From the NCBI GenBank assembly GCA_003693705.1, contig RBZT01000673.1, positions 1 through 64,000 on the forward strand: a stretch of 64,000 nucleotides of DNA, written 5' to 3'. This stretch comes from Polymyxa betae A26-41. Lineage: Eukaryota > Protista > Endomyxa: Phytomyxea. The position numbers were made by a program, and so were the translations under genes. The notes beneath the pieces were generated by a model that was not told the origin of the DNA, did no database searches, and saw nothing but the letters and a program-made list of their open reading frames with translations. This document shows positions 26,770 to 40,125 of the stretch, one piece after another (within the stretch, counting starts at the first letter, position 1; the number at the start of each line of letters is the position of its first letter).

Positions 26770-26823
26770 TGTGTAGGCCATTTCATCGTAGTCATCTGTG
26801 TAGGCCATTTCATCGTAGTCATC
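26770..26823. repeat. Perfect tandem duplication, 2 x 27 bp
   Basis: TGTGTAGGCCATTTCATCGTAGTCATC at 26770 and 26797. Confidence 0.95.
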
Positions 26824-26883
26824 AATTCTTGAAAAAGTGAAGAAAGAGCTAGAGCTAAATCATTCAGGACATCGCCGCTGTAA

Positions 26884-29127
26884 ATGCATAAAACTCGTTC
26901 AAAGAAAGATCATTCTCCTGAGACAATCAAACTTTCTGCAAAAACGCCACCGGAAGGAGCCTCGGCGACAGGATTAGGAGGTTGAATTCTGAACTTCCCG
27001 ATTTGATTCACTGATTGTCCATAGCTCTATTCACACATGAAGAGCTCGGCGATATGCTATCTGCGATAAAAGCTGATACAGCTGAGCAGATCCTGCCGTC
27101 GTGGGAAAATAAATTGCTGGAAGAACTGCAAGAATGCAGCTTCCATCCTCAATTATCAGCAACAGCACGAACGCGGCGATCTCGTTCGCGTCAATCTTTC
27201 GCCAATGATATGCACCTAGCCTCTGAACGACGCTCTGAGCATCTCCGAGAGAGAATGAAGTTAGAAGAGGATTTGCTGAAATCGTGGTTCGTGCCGGAAA
27301 TTGAGCCGTATTCTCGTTGTCTGCATTTCGATGATGCTGCTCATCAACGACTGCATAAATGCTGGGTAATATAAGGCTTGAAATTTTTCCATTTTGTACT
27401 CTTTGCAAGCTCTCTTATTTGTTCCGTTTTTTTGGGTTCAAGTTTTGTCTATTCACTGAACCGTTTTATTTTACGTCTGGTAAAGTGCACCTTTAAAATC
27501 GATAATCAGGGCGCTCAGCTTCGTGATCATCTGCAACGCGAAGCTGAAACTTGTGTCAGGATCCGCTCTGTTACGATGTCGCCACCGCCAAGACGTCGCT
27601 CACCATGCCCTTCATCTCCCATATTGAATGCACCAGAACGTCCACAATCTGCTACACCAGCACGATCTTCTGATAACAAATGCTTTCAAGCCTCCAACTC
27701 ATCAACGGTATTTCTTCTGTCATTTCCATTTGCGGTTGAAATTCAGCTCTGTAGTCCATTGTCAGGAAACGTGTTCGTAATGAGTTCTCCAATGCTATCG
27801 GAGAAGGTGAAGATCGAATAAGTCGAGAACAGATGAGGAATGTGATGGCCACGATGGGTTTTGTTTCCAAAAAAGAAAGCCTGATTCCATCTGAGGCAGA
27901 CGCTCTTCAACGTGCTTATGAGCTTCTGGATCCTTCAAATACCGGCTTAATATCTGTAAGGGTTGTCTCTATCAGGTTTTGGTGATAATAACCCAAATCG
28001 CAGGTGGCAGAACTACTTAGATTAATAGAAGATTTAGCCGTTGGCAACGCCCGCAACGATGTTCGTCTAATCGCGCTGAAGTTTGGACGAATGTCCCGAT
28101 CTCATCGTACATCTGCTGAGGAGCATGCTGACGAGCCACTATGTGTACCTCTCATACATCGATTAAAGCCGGTCGCGTCCACGAGTCGTTTATTGCAGAT
28201 AAGCTCAAAGGCGAAACAACGTATACAGATTCATTGCTTAATGCTAATCGGGTTTTCATACATTCGGTAGGGATTGCAGATATCAAGCGCCAGCAAGAGA
28301 AAAAGTTTCGCGCTCAGTGTACGTTCCGCCCAGTAATGAGGAGGATGCCCTCCTCGCTCACGAAAAGCCCCAAGAAGAGGTTCCTTATCAGACAGCTATC
28401 TCAGACACAGAATCTGCCTATCTCTCATCTACTTCATAATGATTCCAGCGTAATCCGTGCTTCAGTTATCGCCAGATTGTTTAGCTGATTTATAATGACA
28501 GAAAAAGAAAGAAAAGTTACAACGTTTGCAAGAAGAAGCCCGGCGGAAGGCTGAAGACCATTTTCGCAACACCTGCACTTTCAAGCCAACAATCCCAAAG
28601 GCGAGATCGTTATCTCCACGCTCAAGGCCTGTTTCTCTACCGCAAGGTTTTCAGAACTATGTCTACAGAATTCGTAATGTTGCCACCATCACCGATGCAA
28701 TGGACCGGGTAAGGGTACAGAGAATCGATCAACAAGCTCAGAAGAAAAAAGTAACTGAACGTTGTTTGGTGCGAGCGACTTTCTGATATCTCTGAAGGAA
28801 GAAATCAAGCAACATCAGCGATTCTATGAGCGACAGATTGCATCTAGAACGCGGATGGAGAAGATTGATGATAGACCTGTATTGTGTGTAGTTGCTATAC
28901 AATTTTCACCTACAGAAACACATCATATCGAATTACGTGAAGGTGATGATCCTGATACACTGGCAAGGAGATTTTGTAAACAACACCTGCTTCCCACATG
29001 GGCACGATCCGATCTGAGGAATAGGTTGAAAGAACAGCTCAATGTCGTCAACGTTCAGAAACCTCAAGGCTCGCCTTCAGTCGAGGATATCGCCGATTGG
29101 GACATCGACCTCATCGAGCATAGTTAG
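26884..29127 (+). CDS. Coiled-coil protein with repeated C(T/S)F.P motifs and an EF-hand-like segment
   Basis: CSFHP, CTFRP and CTFKP repeats, RAYELLDPSNTGLIS, and C-terminal ELREGDDPDTLARRFCKQH. Multi-exon; a type common among protist cytoskeletal proteins. Confidence 0.6.
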
Positions 29128-29412
29128 TTTAGATTATTATAAATGATATTGCTATACAGTCGTTCGAGATTGCTTATTAGACCATAAATTTTAAGTTTTG
29201 GCAATGCTCCGAAGTTTCTGAATAACCAAATTTGCTGAGTCTCTCAGAAAGTCAATACTCCCCCAGAAGAGTGTAGGATGCAATCTGGCTAGGTTCTTCC
29301 TAGTGCTGATTGTTGTATGCAATATATTGTCTATGGCTGGTAAATCCAATGTTCAATGCCGCTCAATCTTTGCGATCGATGCATTCAGACATTCAACAGT
29401 TTAATACAAAGA

Positions 29413-29956
29413 CTATTTCTTAGTCAGATCAACGTAAGACTTCTTATCGAGAAGGGACTTCGTCTCGACATCAGCAGTGGCACCGAGTTTCAATTTCAGC
29501 ATCCATCCTTTGCCTTCGGCATCTTCGTTTACCATGCCTGGGTTATCTTTTAGGTCTTTATTGACCTCAATCACTTCCCCTGACACTGGGGCATAGATAT
29601 CACTGGCAGCTATCAGCCTCGTTAGTCTCAACAACATAATGCTGTCCAAAACCAAACCTTTAACACTTTCAATCGAGCCAAATGAATCCCCGGCTTTGAA
29701 GTTAGCGCCAACTTCAGGCAGTTCTACATAGACGACATCGCCGAGCTCACTCTAAGGAGACGTTGAGTCCAGAAAAAAAGAACTGAAGTTGTGAAACTTG
29801 AGCAAATTCCGAGATTCCAACACGACCGTCAGAATCGATCCATTCATGGGTCTTTGAATACGATTTGCTGGATAGCCAGCGGGAGGGTCGCAACGATCCA
29901 GTGAGGTTGGCCGATGATACCAGCAGCGATCGTCGCAAAAGCAGCGCCTGCATCAT
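29413..29956 (-). CDS. GCSH: Mitochondrial glycine cleavage system H protein
   Basis: Arg/Ser-rich presequence, [16 protein letters not shown]|[19 protein letters not shown]|[17 protein letters not shown] (lipoyl-Lys), GWMLKLKL. Confidence 0.96.
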
Positions 29957-30189
29957 TGTAAATGTGAATTTGCTGTTATGTTTGAACACTTAAGTTGAAA
30001 TTAAGCCATGATGATGGTAAAGAACTTTTTGGCGCAGTTTTATTGGCACAATTTCTCACAGTTGACAAAAAAGAAAACAATTCGCACTATATGTCGAGCA
30101 TTCGGGCAACTTTTCAATTTTTTACGCGATTTTCTGAAATAACCAAAGCAACGCTCGCAGTTCGTCAATTCGAATCTGATTTCCCCGAC

Positions 30190-31232
30190 ATGGGAAAGAA
30201 AGGTGTGGTTGAGTCCTCCGGGAGGAAGAAATGGGATATCGAAGAGTACGAGAAGAAGCTTAGGTCCGGTCAGATCAGTGATGGGTCTCGTCGACCAGTC
30301 AGTATGTTGCTGCTTCGCCAAAAGGCTCTTCGATGGCAGCTGACATCTGGTGTCAATAGCTCTTGCTGTAGTCGATAAGAAAGCGTTAAAAGCACGAGAC
30401 TCGTCTCTTGAATTGGACGCCTCGGTTGGATCGAAAGCTCTCGTATGTGACTGCTTTACCTCTCATCCGATTTGCAGGATAACTTTTTCATGGATTTTTA
30501 TTTTTTACAAGTCTTGTCAATTCTGGCGGTAGATTTTTTATGTGTAGATCATCTTTATGCTTTTTCTCACGTTTGATTCTCGCTCATTTGCTTCAGGTTT
30601 CACTGGGAGCGGCTCCTGAAGACCAAGTTGGCGCTGGATGGTAATCGTCTTATGTTAGTCTGTTTTCAAATCTCAATTGGTTTGTGCTTTAAGGTATTGT
30701 AAACTATGCGATCGTCAGATGAAAGATAACAAAAGCTGGCTGGATCATTTAAACTCTGCACAACGTATGTGCGAGCATTTGTAGTGCTTAACTGGATGTA
30801 ACATCGACTCAGATCAACATAATATCGGCAACGAGTTAAAAGTCGAGCGATCGAATTTAATCCAGGTTAAATCTCGAATCGAGTTTCACCGGAAACGCGT
30901 CCTAGAAGAAGCTAAAGCAGTAAAGCCAGGTATGGTTGCTTCGAGAAGCACATAAATTTGCATTTTTCTAAACAACATTTTTTCCGGTAAAAGTTTTCCT
31001 GATACTTTCAGCTTCCCTTTTTTGACTCCTTTATGCTGTGCTCTGACTAACGAATGCAGATGTGGCGACACGTTTAAAAGTTTCAGAGGCTTCGTTCGAA
31101 GAGAAGAGGAGACAGAAGCTGGAGAAGAAAAAGCAGCGCAAATTGGAGCTCAGACAAGAGCCAGAAATCGATTCAGAAATGGCCGCAATGGGATTCAACT
31201 TCTCGTTTGGTGGCAGTAAGAAACAGAGATGA
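30190..31232 (+). CDS. ZMAT2: U4/U6.U5 tri-snRNP zinc-finger protein Snu23/ZMAT2
   Basis: RKKWDIEEYEKK, LKARDSSLELDA, AGWYCKLCDRQMKDNKSWLDHLNS, KVERS, EMAAMGFNFSFGGSKKQR*. Confidence 0.9.
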
Positions 31233-31448
31233 TAATTGCTCTTCTTTCAGGTTTCAGTTTATTTAACCCAAAGCTCTAAAGCTGTTCTGTCTAAATATAT
31301 ATTCATTTCCGGCCCATCTTCCTTCATCCGGCAGGATTGGTCTCGGTAGTTGAAGTCAAGGTAACTTATTGATGTCATCGAAATGGACATATATGAGTCA
31401 AGATATACTTTGAGTCATTGTCAAGTTTTTGCTTTAAGATCACTTATT

Positions 31449-32673
31449 ATGATCTTACTCTTGGCCGCCATATTCGCTGCTGTCGCCGCCAATGATTGGC
31501 ATGAGGCAACGCTATCCCATGGCGACCAACTTCTCACAGATTTGATTGAGAACCACCCTTCGGCGCAAGCGTCCTCAACCAAAAATCGTGATAAATTCGG
31601 CGTCGAGATGATATTCCCTTCTGTCGATGCTAATTCGGATTGGTATGCTTCTTGGGAACAGCCTCGCTTTATCGGAAAATCCAATATGGTACTGTAAGTT
31701 TCGCTGAATATTGATTATAGAGATTTAATAGATCAGAATGTGGTTTACCTTGTAATTTCATCTTAAATGATGCTTTTTTGATGTGTTAGGAAGACGTTGG
31801 AGATGAGCGAACCATGTCTCGTGGAAACGGGTCTCTAAGTATTGGATATGGAGAAATGGTAATGAACGGTGAGGAGCCTCGTTATTACATCCAAGCGCCC
31901 GCCAAAGGTTGGACTGATACAGAATTCACTGTGTATTTTCTAATCGATAGTAAGTTTCCTGTATGTCACTGCCTTGTCTTAATTTGCATGCCACAGGCTG
32001 GATAGATCCAGATAAAGCTGCGATCTCTTTGATATCAAGGAGCCGACATCATCGTATGTACCTTTTTGTGAACTTCCGCTTGTTCTGATTCGCTCTGTTT
32101 CACTGATTTTCCAATTTACCAATTCTTTGTACTACATCGATTGCTTTTTTGAAAATTATGCAGATATTCACCAAGACCCATGCGAAGCTCGAGGATACTA
32201 TGCAAGGTTCTATTTCCAGAATCATCGCATCCAGCTGAAGAAAGAATTCCGACACGATGCGAGCGGGACTGTAATTTATTCACCTGGGATAGAGACAATT
32301 AAGCCTTTGGATTCAGATTTCGATCTGAAATCTCACTATCTTGGCATCAAATCGGTCGTCACAACCAATCCTGATGGACAATCAGTCAAATTGCGAATAT
32401 ATTTCGACCTCAGTGTAACCAGCTTTTAGCAGTTTAACTTGTTTGTTTAATGATGAGGTTCTTTAGGAAGGAAAAAATGGAGGTACCTGGCAGTTGCTTC
32501 TAGATTATGATGATAGAGACCTAGAGGCACTGCAGCCAACGGGTTGTGAATACGATGACGCTGGAGAGCGAGGTGATTCTTCGCCCATTTTTCGGCCAGG
32601 TCAAGTGTCCATTTTACGTGCTGATTCTGTAAATGGTCTTCATTTGCGGAGCGCTTCTGTTCGTGCAATTTAA
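31449..32673 (+). CDS. Secreted protein resembling a prokaryotic beta-sandwich (putative carbohydrate-active) family
   Basis: Signal peptide MILLLAAIFAAVAA. Spliced product contains DKFGVEMIFPS..DWY, EPRYYI..WTDTEFTVY, SRSRHH, CEARGYYAR, LKKEFRH, LGIKSVV, VKLRIYFDLS|EGKNGGTW and ILRAD..SVRAI*. Confidence 0.7.
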
Positions 32674-32851
32674 TAACCAACGTAACGCGAAGTGATTCTA
32701 TTAGATAACTGAATTATGAGCTTTGGCGTTGTATCTATCTCTGGTTGAAACCAGTAGCAATCCCTACAAATTCAGTATAGAATACACAAGCAAACGCATT
32801 TTGTCCAGATATTCTGTATATCTGTCAATTATTGTCAATTAAGGATGCACA

Positions 32852-34806
32852 TTAATGCTTTTTCTGGGGGGATTTAGGTGAAGACTTGGGAATTTTGACA
32901 TCATCCAAACCAGATTGGAATTTCTTCTCTTGTAATAGATAATATCTTTCACGCAAAGCATGTGGAATCTTCTTCAAAGACTCCGGCGGGAAAGTCCTTA
33001 ACAGAGACCACGCCTTCTCTAACGACTCGAAGATGGTTCTGTTTTCGTATGGACCTTGGTTGACAAACTTCGCTTCGAATTTGTCTAAAAATTCTAAGTA
33101 CAGGAATTCTTCAGGAGCCAGTGCTTCTTCACCAACGACGGCCTGGATAAAAATCAATTAGAATCTAAACTGCAAAAGCATGAAACTAACCTTTAACGCC
33201 TGAGTATCTTTTCCTGCCGCATAGTTCGCATACAACTGATTCGAAACATCTGGATGGTCATCACGAGTAAATCCTTTTCCGATAGCAGATTTCATCAGAC
33301 GCGAAAGAGATGGCAGCACATTGATTGGAGGATAGCTGCAGGGAATAAGAAAATTTCATACAGAATAGCACAACGAAATAAAATACATTTGCCGATTGTG
33401 CAGCTGCGAATCAATGTAAACCTGCCCTTCTGTGATATAACCGGTCAAGTCCGGAATTGGATGTGTAATGTCGTTGTTGGGCATAGTCAATATAGGAAGC
33501 TGAGTGATGGATCCATTGTGGCCAGCCACACGACCTGCACGTTCGTATATCGTAGAAAGATCGGTATACATATAACCGGGGTAGCCTCGCCTTCCTGGAA
33601 CCTCTTCTCGAGCAGCACTAACCTAAAAAGAAAGAATCAGAACCGAAGGCAAATAAAATGAAATGAATTCTGACTTCTCGAAGGGCATCGGCATACGATG
33701 TCATATCGGTTAAAATAACCAGGACGTGCATGTCTTTTTGATAAGCGAGATATTCTGCAGTTGTTAAGGCCAGCCGAGGAGTGATGATACGCTCAATTGT
33801 TGGATCATTAGCTAGGTTCAGGAAAAGACTGACTCTTTCCATTGATCCATTCTGTGAGAATCTGAGGACAGCAGGTTATAAATTTCAATGAATTCAACCT
33901 GTTCAAAGTCTTGTTTGAAGAAACGCGCCGTTTCCATGTTAACACCCATCGCTGCAAACACAATCGCGAAATTGTCTTCATGTGAGTCATTGACAGATTT
34001 TCCCTAAGCAACATTATCAGGCTACTGTAAACGAGTTGCTTTTGAGAAGTAAAAACAACCTTATGCTGGACGAGACCTGCCTGACGGCAGATCTGGGCGG
34101 CAATCTCATTGTGAGGCAGACCAGCGGCAGAAAAGAGAGGAATTTTCTGTCCTCGAGCGATAGAGTTCATTGTGTCAATTGTCGATATTCCAGTCTGAAT
34201 CATCTCCTGAGGGTAGGTTCTTTCGCAAGGGTTAATAGGCTGGCCTTGAATATCGAGATAATCTTCTGCTAGAATCGGAATGTGGTCTTTTGGTCGTCCA
34301 GAGCCATCGAACACTCGTCCGAGCATTTCCACGCTCATGGGCATTTTTAAGACATCACCGGTAAATTCACATCGGGTATATTTGACGTCGATACCAGACG
34401 TGCCTGAGTATATATTCAAGAACAAAATTGAAATTGAAAATGGATAGAACCTTCGAACACTTGAACAACAGCGCGTTTTCCATTAACTTCTAAAACCTGG
34501 CCTTTACGAACTTCGCCATTTCCAAGCGTGATATTCACGATTTCGGCGAATTTTGGAAACTGCGATCGTGTCAATAAAAATTTGTAAAATGCAATTACTA
34601 ATAGACAGACCTTAACATTGTCGAGGATTACTAAAGGGCCTCGAACCCCAGTCAGAGTCCGATAATCTACATTGTTTTAGACACAGCTTCGAGCTAGAGT
34701 TTCAACAGCACTAACCAAGACGCGGCTGGCAAATGTAATCGCGGGTGACAGCAGCGGCGTGGATGGCAGCGTTCTGGTAGAGCGACACAACTTCCGGTGT
34801 CGCCAT
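32852..34806 (-). CDS. ATP6V1B: V-type H+-ATPase V1 subunit B
   Basis: QPRL|[12 protein letters not shown]|[80 protein letters not shown]. Confidence 0.98.
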
Positions 34807-35619
34807 GGTCGCTTACTTCGTTTTGTCGAAAGTGAAAACCGTTCTTACAATCGCGGCCAGTCTTGAAACGTGACATAAGTGGGCCGCGCTCTATATTCTA
34901 AAGCCAAAAAAGGCACCAATGTAAATGCGAAAAAGTTTTTGTGAATAATCTTGGCAGAACGTTTTGCTACAGAAAACAATCAATGGGGCTGTATGTTATT
35001 CTGAAATGATTGAGGCGCTCTGATTTGTTGCCTACAACGAGCTGTATAAACTGAATACAGCTAATGCCAAACCCGGATTGTCTTGCCGAATAAAAATATT
35101 TATTGCAACTCACAGGTCCATCGAGGGAAATTTGTTCATTATTTGCAGTTTGATAAAACATGCTCTGAATCTAGGTACCATATATAGAGACAGCGGATTT
35201 GACGCATTTGCCCTTTCGTCGAACGTGCTTGGTGCCAGTCTGGTGAATGATCTCTAACCATCAGGCTGTTAACGACCTATCTCTCATACTCGGAGGGTCA
35301 CAAAGCGCCGTAATCATCTGAATGCGATTAGTAAAGCGCTGAAGACTAAAGTCTGATTAGCGTCAAGGCCATAAGTTCGCCTAGAAAACTCATTCGTGAA
35401 GTTGATGCTTTTACCACTGATCCTATAATGCACCAATAGACAACACAACAAAAGCAAGTTTGACTAGAACGACTGCTTCCACTCTCAGAGTGGGTATCCA
35501 CCTGGGGAACCCTGCATTTATGACTAAGTACGATCGAGCTCAGCGTTGCACGACCCATTTGAAAAGAATTGAGCATTGATTACGACGACTGCAAGCCCCA
35601 GTATTGATACATCGAACGA

Positions 35620-36390
35620 ATGTCGAGGCAATCGTGTCGCACATCGTCGATTTGCGTTCCTGATGCAGACACATCAATCGATTCTCGAGGAAAGCTGCAT
35701 ATCGTCTATCAGATCCAAATCAGATCTGGGTCCTATAACAAGATTATATCCAAGAAGTTCAGCGAATTTCGGCTCTTCGACAAAATCCGAGTGATGTAAG
35801 CGATACTGCATCGTCCAGACTTTGTTCTTATCCTTATAGCAAACTGCAGGTATTCTAGCATCGACGTGAAACTTCCACCCAAGATTTGGGTCGGAAATAA
35901 GACCGATCGAGTCGTTGCTGACAGGAAAGTCGGCTTGACGAAGTATCTGAACGATCTTGTCGTCGTAGACACGCTGTCGGCATCGCTAAGCAAGTTCCTG
36001 GCGGTGCCAGCCGTCATTCTAGATCGTGTTAGAGACGAAATCAAGCTCCTGGGTCCATGCTGTGAGACCTATGGAGCTGGCTGCTATTGTTTAGAAATGT
36101 CAGAGAACAACTCAAAGTCTCAAGGAAGGCGAAGAGGGTCGCATCTGATTCTATCCAGTCCCCAATCGTCGTCGGCAGCTTCGAGTCGTGCCGGGTCGCA
36201 GCATTTTGATCCAGCTGAGCGACGTCAGCTGCGGTGTGTTCGGCGATTCCAAGCCCAGATTGCCGGACAGCTGTCTCTATCTGTTGGCGAAATTGCACGA
36301 GAGCTGAAGACAGCTAATGGATGGTATTACGGGTGCAATGCCCAAGGCCAGGAAGGGTATTTCCCTATTGAATACGTCGAGAAACTTTGA
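35620..36390 (+). CDS. PX- and SH3-domain protein
   Basis: IVYQIQI..ISKKFSEFRLF|..LPPK..DRKVGLTKYLNDL (PX) and CVRRFQAQIAGQLSLSVGEI..NGWYYG..QEGYFPIEYVEKL (SH3). Confidence 0.85.
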
Positions 36391-37052
36391 TTCGTTGGGG
36401 GTTATAAGTTCAAGCGAATACATATGCAAGCATCAACATTCTACGTCTCTCTGGATGACGGTTAATTGGATCGTGCTTGGCAAAAATGCATCGAAATACC
36501 AATGTTTTTGCCATTTCTTTTGCATCTTGATATAGCTCTACTTCGAACAAGAAGGAATCAACACGAACGAAGCAGATTAGTTATGAGTTAGTCAGTCTTA
36601 CTTCAAACCTGGTTATTTCGAAAGACGATCATCAAGAGGATTATGTAGACTTGGAGGCCGATTTCAATTTGCTAGCTTCATAATCATAAACCTTCGCTTC
36701 ATTTTTGATTTCTCTAGAATTGAACGTTATCGAAACCAATCCCGAATATGTATCCTATGCTGGAGAGTTCTCAGTGCTAAACACCTCTAGCCGAGAATAT
36801 CATGAATTTGTGTTCATGTTAAAAGAGCATATCAAAGCGGCCAAGTCTAATCTTTGCTATACCGATAAAACAAACTGTATAATCCCTTTGCTGGAGAAGA
36901 ATCGAAACTTCAGTATCTGATTATCGCCATTTTAAATCAAAGCAACCGAATGTGAACACGCCGGTGCTGTCAAGGCATCAACTTTGAAAAAAAGTGGTAT
37001 GAGCGCAAATAGGGTTCATCATTAAGAAAGCAAAGTATTCGGAAGGCGCTCT

Positions 37053-38800
37053 ATGTCCACACCCGGCTTCGACGCAGAGGCGGAAACAACTCGAATCCGG
37101 CGCGCCCTGCATCGCATTCCAGAGCTCGGGTTCAAGGAACACAAGACCAGCGATTTTATCGTTCGTTATCTGGTGAACGAAGCTGGGTTCAATGGGGATG
37201 ATGTCGTCAGCGGTGTCGCTGGCACCGGCGTAGTCGCTCTGATTCGGTCGGAAGTGAATCCAGAACGGAAATGTGTAGCGATTCGTGCTGATATGGATGG
37301 TCTTCCGATACAGGAGCAATCGGATCTTGAATATAAATCTGTTCATGAAGGCGTCATGCACGGTATGAAGCCGCCTGATTCCGTAATGCAATGCATTCAT
37401 GTCAATGATTGCTAATTTACCGATTCCTCTCAATTTCAGTTTTTCGGATGGGACTCGCCTTATGTTCAATACCGTTTCGTTGTCTTTGGAGGTAGTTAAT
37501 GGTTTCTCGAGTTTAAACTGTGAAGTTCATTTTTGCAGACTGATCGTTTTCTATGTTAACGATCTGTTTTAAATGAAAGCTTATCAATATGTTAACGAGA
37601 TTCATTTGTTGTTCATTTCAGTTATTGTATCAATCTCTCTAAATTTTTTTTTAAACTGGCTGTTATAGCTTGCGGCCACGACGCTCACATGGCAATGTTG
37701 CTTGTCGCCTCGCGCATCTTGAACGCCTCCCGAAGCTCTTTTGTCGGCACAGTCAAGCTCCTATTTCAACCAGCCGAAGAGGGACTGGGCGGTGCCAAAC
37801 CAATGATCGAAGCTGGCGTTCTTGAAAACCCCCATGTTGATTTCGTGTTCGGTGCCCATATGTATTCCCCATATTGAGAGCGCTGAGATCTCGCTTAAGC
37901 TGTTTACAGGTGGAACTATTGCAAAACAGGAGAAATTCAAGTGCGAAATGGACCATTGGCGGCGGCGTCTGACAAGTTCAAAATCCAATTGAGCGGGCGT
38001 GGTGGTCACGGTGCCCAGCCCGAAGCCACAACTGATTGCATCGTGGCGACTGCTGCATTAATCCTACAGCTGCATTCGATTGTGGCACGAAATGTGTCAC
38101 CGACAGATTCAGCTGTGTTGACGATTGGGACCATCCATGCTGGATACAATCACAACGTAATCGCTGATTGCTCGGTATGTGCTTGTTTCTGTGTTCCAAT
38201 CTTTGAGCGCCTCTTCGTCCAGATGGGTTGTCTGCAGCTACCTGTACAGAATTTGTTCGGTTTATAATTAGAATTTATGGCATTTTATGGTTTTTGTTCT
38301 GGGCTGACTTTTGTAGGAGTTAACCGGAACAGTACGAAGTTTTCGGGAAGAAGTTCGCAAAACGATTATCAATCGAATGCATCGTATCTGCAACGGCATC
38401 GGGCAGTCTTTCGAAGTTGACGTTCAGCTCGAATATCAATCTGGATATCCAGCAACTGTTAACCATGATAGACAATCTGTGGAAATTGTGAGGCAATGCT
38501 GCGCTGAGGTAGGTTGTATTGTCGCCGCCACTATTGGCTCGCTGATGTCATAGTAGAGCTGAAACTTTGGTTTAGGTCATTGGTGAAGAGAATGTTCAAG
38601 AGGCACAATTGACAATGGGGGCCGAAGACTTCTCTTACTTTCTGCAGTCACGTCCAGGCTGTTTCTTCTTTATTGGTTCCGCACCGAATGGAGGCAAGGA
38701 GGTAGTTTCACACCATACATCGTCCTTCAACATTGATGAGTCTTGTTTGATTCATGGCGTTTCCGTCTGGGTTGAATTGGTTCGACATGCTCTTTCTTAA
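37053..38800 (+). CDS. M20D amidohydrolase (Acy1/ILR1/HipO-like), copy 1, 5 exons
   Basis: [25 protein letters not shown]|[36 protein letters not shown]. All metal ligands are present. Confidence 0.93.
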
Positions 38801-40125
38801 ACGCCATTAGGCTGAACAGAAAACAACCAAGTTATTCGTCTTTCCAGTTCATGCCTACGGGAGGATTAGTTCGGGTTCGATTATAAGATTAGGTCGGGAT
38901 TGAGCAGTTGGTTCGGGCTAGTTCTCACCAGTTTTGATAATCGCTGAAACAGAAACTATGTTGAATTCGTTAGCACGTTTTTTTGTTAGTGACGCTTTGT
39001 ACAAATAAAATAAGCGATTATGGTGTGTTTATTTGGTTTGTACGTTGCTCAACGCTCACAGTATGTTTGTACTGTTCTTTGGGCAGTTACTGTTAAGAGC
39101 GCGGTCTCGTGATTCATATGATGTACGCCCGGATCTTGTAAACAGTAAATACTGATACTAGCAGTTTATTTGAACCCCAGTATGGTTTGCAATTAGCCCA
39201 TGGACAACTAAACGCTCTCTACCGCCATAGTTGGGAGCAGGATGCGGATGGCTCCTCTTGTAATTTTTAATAGGCGTTGTCAGTGTTAGAGTAAGACACT
39301 CGACGAAAAGAAGACTCGCTAAGAGTGTTATTCATAGCTAGACTGTCACTATTTCACTGCTTGTTTGATTAAAATTTAATATAACAGCGTTCTTAAAATT
39401 GCTGAAGGGTTATTTGCTGACGTGGCCAGATGCAGAGTTTGAGTTACTGAACGAAAGTCTCCAATTGTCATGCTTGGATGGAGTGCAAGAGTTGCAAGAC
39501 CCTCTCACAAAAAAAATTTGGTAAACATTCATTCTTGATACCAGACGTCTCACGATGTTCAGCAGTTTTCCCGATTTCTTTTTCGTACTCAGTGCATTGT
39601 GAACTTAAATTAAATGACCAGAAAAGCCACCGAAATTTTTTTGCCATCTTTGTATACCAGGGTTCTGGGATCCTACAGCATATACAGTACTCCAGGAATC
39701 ATCTAGGAATGACGATTTCAAAGTATTAGCGTTAATCTCTGCTTTGTTCTGTCAATTTAAAGCGTTCTTAACCACCAGATGACTAGATGACGAGCATTTT
39801 CATCTGCGGAAACGAGACGATCATGACATGAGGATTGAATTGGATGCCGTCGGCCGAGAAATATAGCAGAAACTAGAGCAAGAAAGAAAGCGATCGGCTC
39901 ACATTGTTGTACAGATAATCGCCCTGTCGAAGGGAAATTGAGAACAGACTCATGATTGCAAGAAATACAATGTATGCCAAGGCAACCGGATTTCGAGGCG
40001 CAATGGTCAAATTTGAACCGTTATACTCAGTTATAGTGAATACAACATAGGTAGGGTTTTTCAATACACTATTATTAAGCCAGTTTTATCTTCCGAAGAA
40101 TCCGAATTTATTTGGGCGTCGCTCT

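Noticed and set aside
34967-35576. Multi-exon small gene in the V-ATPase B / PX-SH3 divergent gap
   Set aside because: Splice-like signals are present, but the reading frame is ambiguous and unsupported.
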